A DNA stretch of 64,000 nucleotides from Lentisphaeria bacterium. GTDB lineage: Bacteria > Verrucomicrobiota > Lentisphaeria > Victivallales > UBA1829. The stretch covers positions 8,686-72,685 of the forward strand of contig JAFXYP010000036.1 in NCBI GenBank assembly GCA_017541665.1, given 5' to 3'. Below the pieces are notes generated by a model. That model was not told where the DNA came from. It worked only from the letters and a program-made list of their open reading frames with translations, and made no database searches. Position 1 is the first letter of the stretch; each line of letters opens with the position of its first letter. Shown piece after piece: positions 43,793-51,154 of the stretch. Both the position numbers and the translations under genes were made by a program.

Positions 43793-44410
43793 ATGTCGCT
43801 CCGTCTGCTCGCTTCTTCGTTCACCGCCCCCGGTGCCGACCTGCGCTGGGATGATGAATTCCTCCGCGCCGAACGCTCCCGCCTCGGGCTCGGGCGGCGC
43901 ACCGACCGCATGACTGCCGCCGTCCTCTCCGCGTTCGACCGGCTCGAAGGACGACCCGGCGACGCCCCTCTGGTCTTCGGCAGCATGCTCGGCGTGCAGA
44001 GCCGCATCACGGCGCTCCAGAACGACCTGATCGACTTCCCCGAGGACCAGATCGGCCCCGTGTCGTTCTCCTGCTCCGTGCACAATGCCGTCCCGGGCGC
44101 CGCGGCGATCCGTTTCGGCATGAAGGTCCCCGTCTTCTCCCTCGCCGGATTCGACCGGCTCCACGAACGTGCCTTCCGGCTCGCCGACGCGATCCTCTCC
44201 GCCGGGGACGCCGAACATGCGATCGTGATCCTGACGGAGGAACGTTCTCCCTTCGCCGAACGCGCGATGAAGCTGTCCGGCCTCGAACCGATGGAGTTCG
44301 CCGCGGTCTTCCTGCTGGAGCACGCCGGCGCGGACGATCCATGCGCATGGCCCGGCCCGCCGCCGGACCTCAGTTATTTCCGGTGGATCGGGAGCCTCTT
44401 ATCAAACTGA
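43793..44410 (+). CDS. Beta-ketoacyl synthase chain-length-factor-like protein (Ketoacyl-synt_2 type, ApeC-like)
   Basis: 205 aa. GPVSFSCSVHNAVPGAAAIRFG contains the SVHNA signature of short CLF-like KS N-terminal domains. No catalytic Cys-His-His set. Confidence 0.7.
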   Translation: MSLRLLASSFTAPGADLRWDDEFLRAERSRLGLGRRTDRMTAAVLSAFDRLEGRPGDAPLVFGSMLGVQSRITALQNDLIDFPEDQIGPVSFSCSVHNAVPGAAAIRFGMKVPVFSLAGFDRLHERAFRLADAILSAGDAEHAIVILTEERSPFAERAMKLSGLEPMEFAAVFLLEHAGADDPCAWPGPPPDLSYFRWIGSLLSN

Positions 44411-45107
44411 CGCTCCGGGCCGCGGCAGCCCTCAGGCGCGCCGCCAGATAGTATCCGTCCGAGAAACACCGCCCGAATCCGTGCTCCAGCAGGATCCTCC
44501 GCACCTCGGATGCGGTATCCCGCCTGTGCACCGTGCTGGCGCCGCCCAGCGCGAAATCCGTGATCTCCTGATTTATGAACCGGAACACCGCGCCGGACTC
44601 CTTCGCGCGCAGGAACAAGTCCAGATCGGCACAGATCGGCCACCGGATGTCGAATCCGCCAAGCCGTTCCAGCAGGGACCGGCGGATCGCAGTCGCCGGG
44701 TGGAAGATCCGAGCCCCGCAGAACGACGACATTCCATGCGGCGGACGGTATTTCCGGCCGTTCACGCGGATGCACCCGTGCAGGATGTCCGTATCGGGGT
44801 TCCCGCGCAGCACGCGCATCATTTCCTCCGGCGCGCCGGGCAGATACCGGTCGTCGGCGTTCAGAAACATCACATAATCTCCGTGCGCGGCCGCCCATCC
44901 CTGGTTCATGGCGTCGTAGATTCCCCGGTCGGGCGACTGCACGACGACCGCATCCGGCCGGATCCCGCGGACGATCCCGCAGGTCCCGTCCGTGGACCCC
45001 GCGTCTTTCAGGATGTACTCGACGTCCGGTTGCCGTCCGACGGATTCCGCAGCGCGCGCCACGGTCGCGGAGGCATTTTTGGTAACGGTTACGATGGAGA
45101 GAAGCAT
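44370..45107 (-). CDS. Family-2 glycosyltransferase
   Basis: 245 aa from ATG 45107. LSIVTVTKNASATV..KDAGSTDGT..FLNADDRY (GT-A DxD). The 3' end overlaps the convergent CLF-like gene by 41 nt. Confidence 0.8.
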   Translation of the reverse strand: MLLSIVTVTKNASATVARAAESVGRQPDVEYILKDAGSTDGTCGIVRGIRPDAVVVQSPDRGIYDAMNQGWAAAHGDYVMFLNADDRYLPGAPEEMMRVLRGNPDTDILHGCIRVNGRKYRPPHGMSSFCGARIFHPATAIRRSLLERLGGFDIRWPICADLDLFLRAKESGAVFRFINQEITDFALGGASTVHRRDTASEVRRILLEHGFGRCFSDGYYLAARLRAAAARSVSLIRGSRSTGNN

Positions 45108-45297
45108 GTTCGGTTTCCTGTGTTTTCTGCCCGAATAATATCGCACATATCCGCATAAAATCAAGCCTGTTTCCGCTTTTTTGTTTGAAATCCTCCTTCC
45201 GCCGTGGTATTATATTATCGGTTCAGGAATGCCCCTGCCCGACGGCACGGGGCCCCGCAGCCGCACTTCGCCCCGTCCACCCCGTTCGATTTTCAGC

Positions 45298-46524
45298 ATG
45301 AGTCTCCGAGACAGTTACATCCACACCCTCCACGCCTGCAACATCAGCTACGTCACGCAGGCCATCGTCAACGACTTCGCGCCGCTGCTTTTCCTGTGGT
45401 TCCGGAAGAACTATGCCCTCGAGCTCGGACAGCTCTCGTTTCTCCTCATCGGCAACTTCTGGCTCCAGATGTGCGTGGCGTTCGCCTGCGCCAAGCTCGC
45501 CGACAGGCTTTCCTACCGCGTCACGCTCGTCGCCGGGCAGTTCTGCTCGGCCGCCGGGCTCGCGCTCATGACCGTCCTGCCGGGGCTTCTCCCGAGCCCG
45601 CTCGCCGGACTGACCTGCGCGGCCGCACTGTACGCGGTCGGGGGCGGCGTGGTGGAGGCGGTCACCAGTCCGGTCGTCGAGGCGTGCCCGTTCAAACGCA
45701 AGGCCGCCGCGATGAGCCTGGTCCATTCGTTCTACTGCTGGGGGCAGATGATCGTCGTGCTCGGGTCGACGCTCTTTTTCCATTTCTTCGGGCTGGACAA
45801 CTGGCGCCTGCTCGCGCTGGTCTGGGCAGCCGTCCCGCTCCTCGACGGCATCTACTTCCTGTTCGTGCCGATGCGGCCGCTGATCGCCGGCAACGCAAAT
45901 GGACTCGGTTTTTCCGGGCTCTTCAAGCTCCCCGTCTTCTGGCTCATGGCCGTAATGATGCTCTGCGCGGGCGCGTCCGAACACTGCATGAACCAGTGGG
46001 CATCGTCATTCGCGGAATCCGCCCTGCATGTGAGCAAGAGCACCGGCGACCTGGCAGGGCCGTGTCTCTTCGCGCTCCTCATGGGGCTTTCCCGTACGCT
46101 CTATGCAGCTTTCAGCACGCGCCTCAACCTCATCAACTGCCTCATCACGAGCTGCGTTCTCAGTATCATCGCCTATCTCGTCGCGGTCTTCGCACCCTGC
46201 CCGGCGCTCGCGCTCGCCGGATGCGCCCTCTGCGGCTGGGCGGCCGGCATCCTCTGGGCGGGCGTCTTCAGCTCGGCGTCCGTCGCGATCCCGCTCGGCG
46301 GCACTGCCATGTTCGCGCTGCTCGCCCTGCCCGGCGACTTCGGCTGCGGGCTCGGGCCGGTGTACGTCGGGACGATCGCCTCCTTCTTCGGCGACGACCT
46401 GAAAGCCGGGCTGCTCGCGGCGGCGTTCTTCCCCGCATTGATGCTCGCCTGCCTCATCTGCTACAAGTACGGCTACCTGCCCCGCCACAAGGAAATCGCG
46501 TCCCGCGGCATCCCGGAAGGATGA
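45298..46524 (+). CDS. MFS-type transporter
   Basis: 408 aa from ATG 45298. About 12 hydrophobic helices in two halves. No substrate-specific motif recognised. Confidence 0.7.
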   Translation: MSLRDSYIHTLHACNISYVTQAIVNDFAPLLFLWFRKNYALELGQLSFLLIGNFWLQMCVAFACAKLADRLSYRVTLVAGQFCSAAGLALMTVLPGLLPSPLAGLTCAAALYAVGGGVVEAVTSPVVEACPFKRKAAAMSLVHSFYCWGQMIVVLGSTLFFHFFGLDNWRLLALVWAAVPLLDGIYFLFVPMRPLIAGNANGLGFSGLFKLPVFWLMAVMMLCAGASEHCMNQWASSFAESALHVSKSTGDLAGPCLFALLMGLSRTLYAAFSTRLNLINCLITSCVLSIIAYLVAVFAPCPALALAGCALCGWAAGILWAGVFSSASVAIPLGGTAMFALLALPGDFGCGLGPVYVGTIASFFGDDLKAGLLAAAFFPALMLACLICYKYGYLPRHKEIASRGIPEG

Positions 46525-46724
46525 AGCATTCGTTTCATCTTTTTCAAGTCCGGTTTCCGTTTTTTCTTCCGAAAAAATCCTTCGGGACTAAACAATCATT
46601 TATCTTGTTGATTTCCAACGAGATTCCATTCTTTTTCCGTGCCATGCGGGATGTGTCATTTTGACGCAAAAGTCAATGCAAATACACCTCTGATTTTTTT
46701 TTATAAAAATTTTCCGTTTTGGCA

Positions 46725-46754
46725 TTGCATTTATCAAGGGATTGATTATATTAT
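46725..46754 (+). promoter_or_regulatory. Possible promoter of the nrdG-nrdD operon
   Basis: TTGCAT (46725-46730), 16 nt, TATATT (46747-46752), overlapping TATTAT. Preceded by a T9/A-rich UP-like tract (46694-46712). Confidence 0.4.
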
Positions 46755-46762
46755 ACCGGAAC

Positions 46763-46780
46763 ACCACAAGATGTTGTGGT
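46763..46780. promoter_or_regulatory. NrdR box (strong)
   Basis: ACCACAAGATGTTGTGGT is a near-perfect palindrome matching the NrdR-box pattern aCACwAtATaTwGTGt. It lies immediately downstream of the putative -10 and 43 nt upstream of the nrdG ATG. An nrdR gene is present at 54008-54496. Confidence 0.6.
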
Positions 46781-46794
46781 TTTCATTTGTTTTA

Positions 46795-46810
46795 ACACCA
46801 TTATTCATCT
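46795..46810. promoter_or_regulatory. Second, degenerate NrdR box
   Basis: ACACCATTATTCATCT has a good left half-site and a weak right one. Its centre lies 31 bp from the centre of box 1, which is the usual tandem NrdR-box spacing. Confidence 0.3.
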
Positions 46811-46822
46811 TTCCCTGCTCAA

Positions 46823-47548
46823 ATGAACGCCGACTCCCGTTTTGGACTGCAAAAGCTCACCTTGCTCGATTACCCCGGCAAGGTCGCGTGCACCATTTTT
46901 CTGCACGGATGCAACTTCCGCTGTCCGTTCTGCCACAATGCCTCGCTCGTGGTGGTCCCGCAGGACCAGTCCGCCATGATCTCGTTCGACGAGCTGAAGG
47001 ACTTCCTGTCGAAACGGGGAAAGATCCTGGACGGCGCGTGCATCACGGGCGGCGAACCGATGCTCCGTCCCGACCTCGCCGACCTGCTGGAACTCCTGCG
47101 TTCCTGCGGACTGCTGATCAAGCTCGACACGAACGGCTCCTTCCCCGACCGCCTGCAGGACGTCGTGGAGCGCCGCCTCGTGGACGCAGTGGCGATGGAC
47201 GTGAAGAACAACTACGCCAAGTACGACGAGACGGTCGGCGTGTCCGGCATGGCCGACCGGGTGAAAGAGAGCGCGGCCTACCTCAGGAGCGCCCCGCTGG
47301 ATTACTACGAACTCCGCACGACGGTCGTCCGCCAGTTCCACACCGTGGACGACCTGGCGGAGCTCGCCTGCGAGCATGCCGGCACAACGCATTATTTCCT
47401 CCAGAAGTTCAAGGACTCCGGCGACCTGCTCGGCGCAGGGCTGAGCGCGATGCCGGACGACGAAATGGCGCGCGCGCTGGAGGCCGTGCGGGAGTTCATC
47501 CCGAACGCGCAGCTCCGCGGCGTCGACGCCCCCGAAACGGATTCCTGA
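46823..47548 (+). CDS. nrdG: Anaerobic ribonucleoside-triphosphate reductase activating protein (radical SAM)
   Basis: 241 aa. YPGKVACTIFLHGCNFRCPFCHN (CxxxCxxC), GGEP and KLDTNG blocks. Confidence 0.9.
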   Translation: MNADSRFGLQKLTLLDYPGKVACTIFLHGCNFRCPFCHNASLVVVPQDQSAMISFDELKDFLSKRGKILDGACITGGEPMLRPDLADLLELLRSCGLLIKLDTNGSFPDRLQDVVERRLVDAVAMDVKNNYAKYDETVGVSGMADRVKESAAYLRSAPLDYYELRTTVVRQFHTVDDLAELACEHAGTTHYFLQKFKDSGDLLGAGLSAMPDDEMARALEAVREFIPNAQLRGVDAPETDS

Positions 47549-47603
47549 TCATTTTCCATTTTATCCAATATAACATTTTCAAACACAGAAGAGGTCACCA
47601 AAC

Positions 47604-50015
47604 ATGTATCAAGTCCAGAAACGCAACGGCAAAGTCATCGACTTCGACATCCAGAAGATTTCGAACGCGATCAAACTGGCTTTCGAGGCGCAGGAGAAAA
47701 ACTACCATCCGTCCGTCATCGATTTCCTCGCGCTGAAGGTCACCGCCGAATTCGAGCCGAAGATCAAGGAGGGCCTGATCGCCGTCGAGGACATCCAGGA
47801 CTGCGTGGAATCCGTGCTCGTGCAGGCCGGCTACGCGGACGTCGCGAAAGCCTACATCCTGTACCGCCGCCAGCGTGAAAAACTCCGCAACACCGCCAAC
47901 ACGATCATCGACTTCAAGACCACCATCGACGACTACCTGAAGATCAACGACTGGCGCGTGAAGGAAAACTCCACCGTCACCTATTCCGTCGGCGGCCTCA
48001 TCCTCTCCAACTCCGGCGCGCTCACCGCCAACTACTGGCTCTCCGAGATCTACGACGACGAGATCGCGAACGCCCACCGCAACGCCGACCTCCATCTGCA
48101 CGACCTCTCCATGCTCACCGGCTACTGCGCCGGCTGGTCCCTCAAGCAGCTCATCCAGGAAGGCCTCGGCGGCGTCCCCGGCAAGATCACCAGCGCCCCC
48201 GCGTCCCACCTCGCCACCCTCTGCAACCAGATGGTGAACTTCCTCGGCATCATGCAGAACGAATGGGCGGGCGCACAGGCGTTCTCCTCTTTCGACACCT
48301 ACCTCGCGCCGTTCGTGAAGGTCGACAACCTCAACTACGACCAGGTCAAGAAGTGCATCGAGTCCTTCATCTTCGGCGTGAACACCCCGTCCCGCTGGGG
48401 CACCCAGGCGCCCTTCTCCAACATCACGCTCGACTGGACCGTGCCGAACGACCTCGCCGAGCTCCCCGCCATCGTCGGCGGCAAGGAAATGCCGTTCAAG
48501 TACAAGGACTGCAAGGCGGAAATGGACCTCATCAACAAGGCGTTCATCGAAACCATGATCGAAGGCGACGCCAACGGACGCGGATTCCAGTACCCGATCC
48601 CGACCTACTCCATCACCCGCGACTTCGACTGGAGCGAGACCGAGAACAACCGCCTCCTCTTCGAAATGACCTCCAAGTACGGCACCCCGTATTTCTCCAA
48701 CTACGTGAACAGCGACATGGAGCCGAGCGACATCCGCAGCATGTGCTGCCGCCTCCGCCTCGACCTCCGCGAGCTCCGCAAGAAATCCGGCGGCTTCTTC
48801 GGCAGCGGCGAAAGCACCGGCAGCATCGGCGTCGTGACCATCAATATGCCGCGCATCGCCTACCTCGCCGCGGACGAGGACGACTTCTACAAGAGGCTCG
48901 ACCACATGATGGACGTCGCCGCGCGTTCGCTGAAGGTAAAACGCCAGGTCATCACGCGCCTCCTCGACGAAGGCCTCTATCCGTACACGAAGCGTTACCT
49001 CGGCAAGTTCGACAACCACTTCTCCACCATCGGACTGGTCGGCATGAACGAGGCGTGCCTCAACGCCAAGTGGGTCCGCCGCGACCTCACCGATCCCGCC
49101 GCGCAGGAGTTCACCGCGAACGTCCTCAACCACATGCGCGAACGCCTCTCCGACTACCAGGAGAAGTACGGCGACCTGTACAACCTCGAAGCCACGCCCG
49201 CCGAGTCCACCGCCTACCGCCTCGCCAAGCACGACCGCAAGCGCTTCCCCGAGATCATCACGGCCTCCAAGGGCGACGACGACACCCCGTACTACACGAA
49301 CAGCTCCCACCTCCCCGTCGGATACACGGACGACATCTTCTCCGCCCTCGACATCCAGGACAAGCTCCAGACCCTCTACACCTCCGGCACCGTCTTCCAC
49401 GCCTTCCTCGGCGAGAAGCTCCCCGACTGGAAGAGCGCCGCGAACCTCGTCCGCAAGATCGCCGAGAACTACCGCCTCCCGTACTACACCCTCTCCCCGA
49501 CCTACTCCGTCTGCAAGAACCACGGCTACATCTCCGGCGAAAAGGAGACCTGCTCCAAGTGCGGCGAGAAGACCGAGGTCTACAGCCGCATCACCGGCTA
49601 CTACCGTCCCGTCCAGAACTGGAACGACGGCAAGTCCCAGGAGTACAAGGACCGCAAGACCTACGACATCGGCAAGTCCATGCACCACACCGTCAAGCAC
49701 CATGAAGGCCCCGCGCATGCGGACCCGGCGCACCCCGTCGAGACTGCCGCACCGGCGTCCGCGGGCGCTCAGGACCGCATCATCCTCTTCGCCACCAGCA
49801 CCTGCCCGAACTGCAAGATGGCGAAGCGCTTCCTCGACCAGGCCGCGATCCGCTACGACGTCATCCTCGCCAACGAGGACATCGCCTCCACCGACCTCTA
49901 CGGCATCCGCCAGGCACCCACGCTCGTCGTCGTCCGCGGCGGCAAGATGGAGAAGTTCGAGAACGTCTCCAACATCCGCCGCTTCATCGAAGAATCCGCC
50001 GCCGTGGCCCTGTAA
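47604..50015 (+). CDS. nrdD: Class III (anaerobic) ribonucleoside-triphosphate reductase NrdD with C-terminal fused thioredoxin/NrdH-like domain
   Basis: 803 aa. N-terminal ATP-cone (VQKRNGKVIDFDIQKIS..AKAYILYRRQRE). Finger-loop RSMCCRLRL (C381-C382). Zn site CKNHGY..CSKCGE. Glycyl-radical motif SRITGYYRPV. Then a His-rich linker and an ~82-aa domain, IILFATSTCPNCKMAK...APTLVVV (nt 49767-50012). Confidence 0.9.
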   Translation: MYQVQKRNGKVIDFDIQKISNAIKLAFEAQEKNYHPSVIDFLALKVTAEFEPKIKEGLIAVEDIQDCVESVLVQAGYADVAKAYILYRRQREKLRNTANTIIDFKTTIDDYLKINDWRVKENSTVTYSVGGLILSNSGALTANYWLSEIYDDEIANAHRNADLHLHDLSMLTGYCAGWSLKQLIQEGLGGVPGKITSAPASHLATLCNQMVNFLGIMQNEWAGAQAFSSFDTYLAPFVKVDNLNYDQVKKCIESFIFGVNTPSRWGTQAPFSNITLDWTVPNDLAELPAIVGGKEMPFKYKDCKAEMDLINKAFIETMIEGDANGRGFQYPIPTYSITRDFDWSETENNRLLFEMTSKYGTPYFSNYVNSDMEPSDIRSMCCRLRLDLRELRKKSGGFFGSGESTGSIGVVTINMPRIAYLAADEDDFYKRLDHMMDVAARSLKVKRQVITRLLDEGLYPYTKRYLGKFDNHFSTIGLVGMNEACLNAKWVRRDLTDPAAQEFTANVLNHMRERLSDYQEKYGDLYNLEATPAESTAYRLAKHDRKRFPEIITASKGDDDTPYYTNSSHLPVGYTDDIFSALDIQDKLQTLYTSGTVFHAFLGEKLPDWKSAANLVRKIAENYRLPYYTLSPTYSVCKNHGYISGEKETCSKCGEKTEVYSRITGYYRPVQNWNDGKSQEYKDRKTYDIGKSMHHTVKHHEGPAHADPAHPVETAAPASAGAQDRIILFATSTCPNCKMAKRFLDQAAIRYDVILANEDIASTDLYGIRQAPTLVVVRGGKMEKFENVSNIRRFIEESAAVAL

Positions 50016-50036
50016 CGGAAAGGAGCGGTTTCCGGC

Positions 50037-50951
50037 ATGATCGACATCCTCATCATCGGAGCCGGGCCCGCCGGCCTCACCGCCGCCGTCTATGCACGGC
50101 GCGCGGGCCGGTCGGTCCTGATCCTGGAACGCGAATCCTTCGGCGGGCAGATCGTGTATTCGCCCAAGGTCGAGAACTACCCCGGATTCCTCGCGCTTTC
50201 CGGCAGCGAGTTCGGCGAAAAGCTCGTCGACCAGGCGATCCACCACGGCGCGGAACTGGAGCTCGACGAGGTCACCGCCATCCAGGACAACGGCAAGATC
50301 AAGTCCGTCCTCACCAAGCGGACGCAGTACCTCTGCAAATCCGTCATCGTCGCCGCCGGATCCCGCCACAGGCCGCTCGGGCTCCCGCGCGAAGACGAGT
50401 TCGTCGGGCACGGCATCTCCTACTGCGCGCTCTGCGACGGAGATTTCTACAAGGGCAAGGACATCGCCGTCATCGGCGGCGGCAACACCGCGCTCCAGGA
50501 CGCTGTGCTCCTCTCCGAAACCGCGAAATCCGTCACGATCGTCCAGAACCTTCCCAAGCTCACCGGCGAGGTCAGCCTCGCACAGATCCTGAAGGCGCGC
50601 CAGAACGTGAAGATCGTCTACAACACGGTCGTGACCGAACTCCTCGGCGATGCCGAGCTCACCGGGATCAAACTCAAAAACACCGCGAACGGCGAGGAAT
50701 CCGAGCTCACGCTCGACGGCGTCTTCGTCGCCATCGGACAGATGCCCGACAACAAGCCGTTCCATGATGTCTGCGACCTCGACGCGGGCGGGTTCATCAC
50801 CGCGGACGAAGCATGCCTCACGAAGACCCCGGGCGTGTTCGTCGCGGGCGACTGCCGCACCAAGGGCGTCCGCCAGATCGCGACCGCCATCGGCGACGGA
50901 GCCACCGCCGCCCTCGCCGCCTGCCGCTACCTGAACGCCCTCGTGTTCTGA
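50037..50951 (+). CDS. Low-Mr thioredoxin-reductase-like flavoprotein lacking the NADPH 2'-phosphate (HRRxxxR) motif
   Basis: 304 aa. GAGPAG FAD motif, redox CALC (C130/C133), GGGNTA. Where E. coli TrxB has VHLIHRRDGFRAE, this protein reads VTIVQNLPKLTGE (nt 50544 onward). Confidence 0.85.
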   Translation: MIDILIIGAGPAGLTAAVYARRAGRSVLILERESFGGQIVYSPKVENYPGFLALSGSEFGEKLVDQAIHHGAELELDEVTAIQDNGKIKSVLTKRTQYLCKSVIVAAGSRHRPLGLPREDEFVGHGISYCALCDGDFYKGKDIAVIGGGNTALQDAVLLSETAKSVTIVQNLPKLTGEVSLAQILKARQNVKIVYNTVVTELLGDAELTGIKLKNTANGEESELTLDGVFVAIGQMPDNKPFHDVCDLDAGGFITADEACLTKTPGVFVAGDCRTKGVRQIATAIGDGATAALAACRYLNALVF

Positions 50952-50953
50952 AC

Positions 50954-51058
50954 ATGGAAACGCACAGCGGCGGCATGGGAATGGGTTTGATCCTTCTGGC
51001 GGTCGTCGTCAACGTCGTGATCATCGCCATCGCCCTCGCCTGCCGGAAAAAGAAATAA
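50954..51058 (+). CDS. Possible 34-aa single-TM peptide
   Basis: METHSGGMGMGLILLAVVVNVVIIAIALACRKKK. The ATG lies 3 nt after the trxR-like stop, and a strong terminator follows. No SD is obvious. Coding status uncertain. Confidence 0.35.
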   Translation: METHSGGMGMGLILLAVVVNVVIIAIALACRKKK

Positions 51059-51090
51059 GCCTCAGGACACGACATACATATCGGCATCAG

Positions 51091-51125
51091 GAGCCTCCCG
51101 GGCAAAATCGGGAGGCTCTTTTTTT
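51091..51125 (+). terminator. Rho-independent terminator of the nrd-trxR operon
   Basis: GAGCCTCCCG-ggcaaaat-CGGGAGGCTC is a perfect 10-bp stem followed by T7. Confidence 0.85.
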
Positions 51126-51154
51126 GCCGTTTTCAGAGGGAAAGGAGGGGAGGA

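Noticed and set aside
44370-44410. 41-nt convergent overlap between the CLF-like gene and the GT2 gene as a possible antisense regulatory feature
   Set aside because: Short convergent overlaps are common in compact high-GC genomes. No structure or motif supports a specific function.
46661-46746. FNR/CRP-like palindromes upstream of nrdG (TTGAC-N6-GTCAA at 46661-46676; ATCAA-N4-TTGAT at 46733-46746)
   Set aside because: The FNR consensus is TTGAT-N4-ATCAA. The first site has the wrong spacing, and the second has the half-sites in the inverted order. I therefore do not call an FNR site.
47595-50765. 1,056-aa ORF antisense to nrdD and the trxR-like gene
   Set aside because: Shadow ORF spanning two independently well-supported sense genes. 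The composition is G/V/E/D/A-rich and motif-free.
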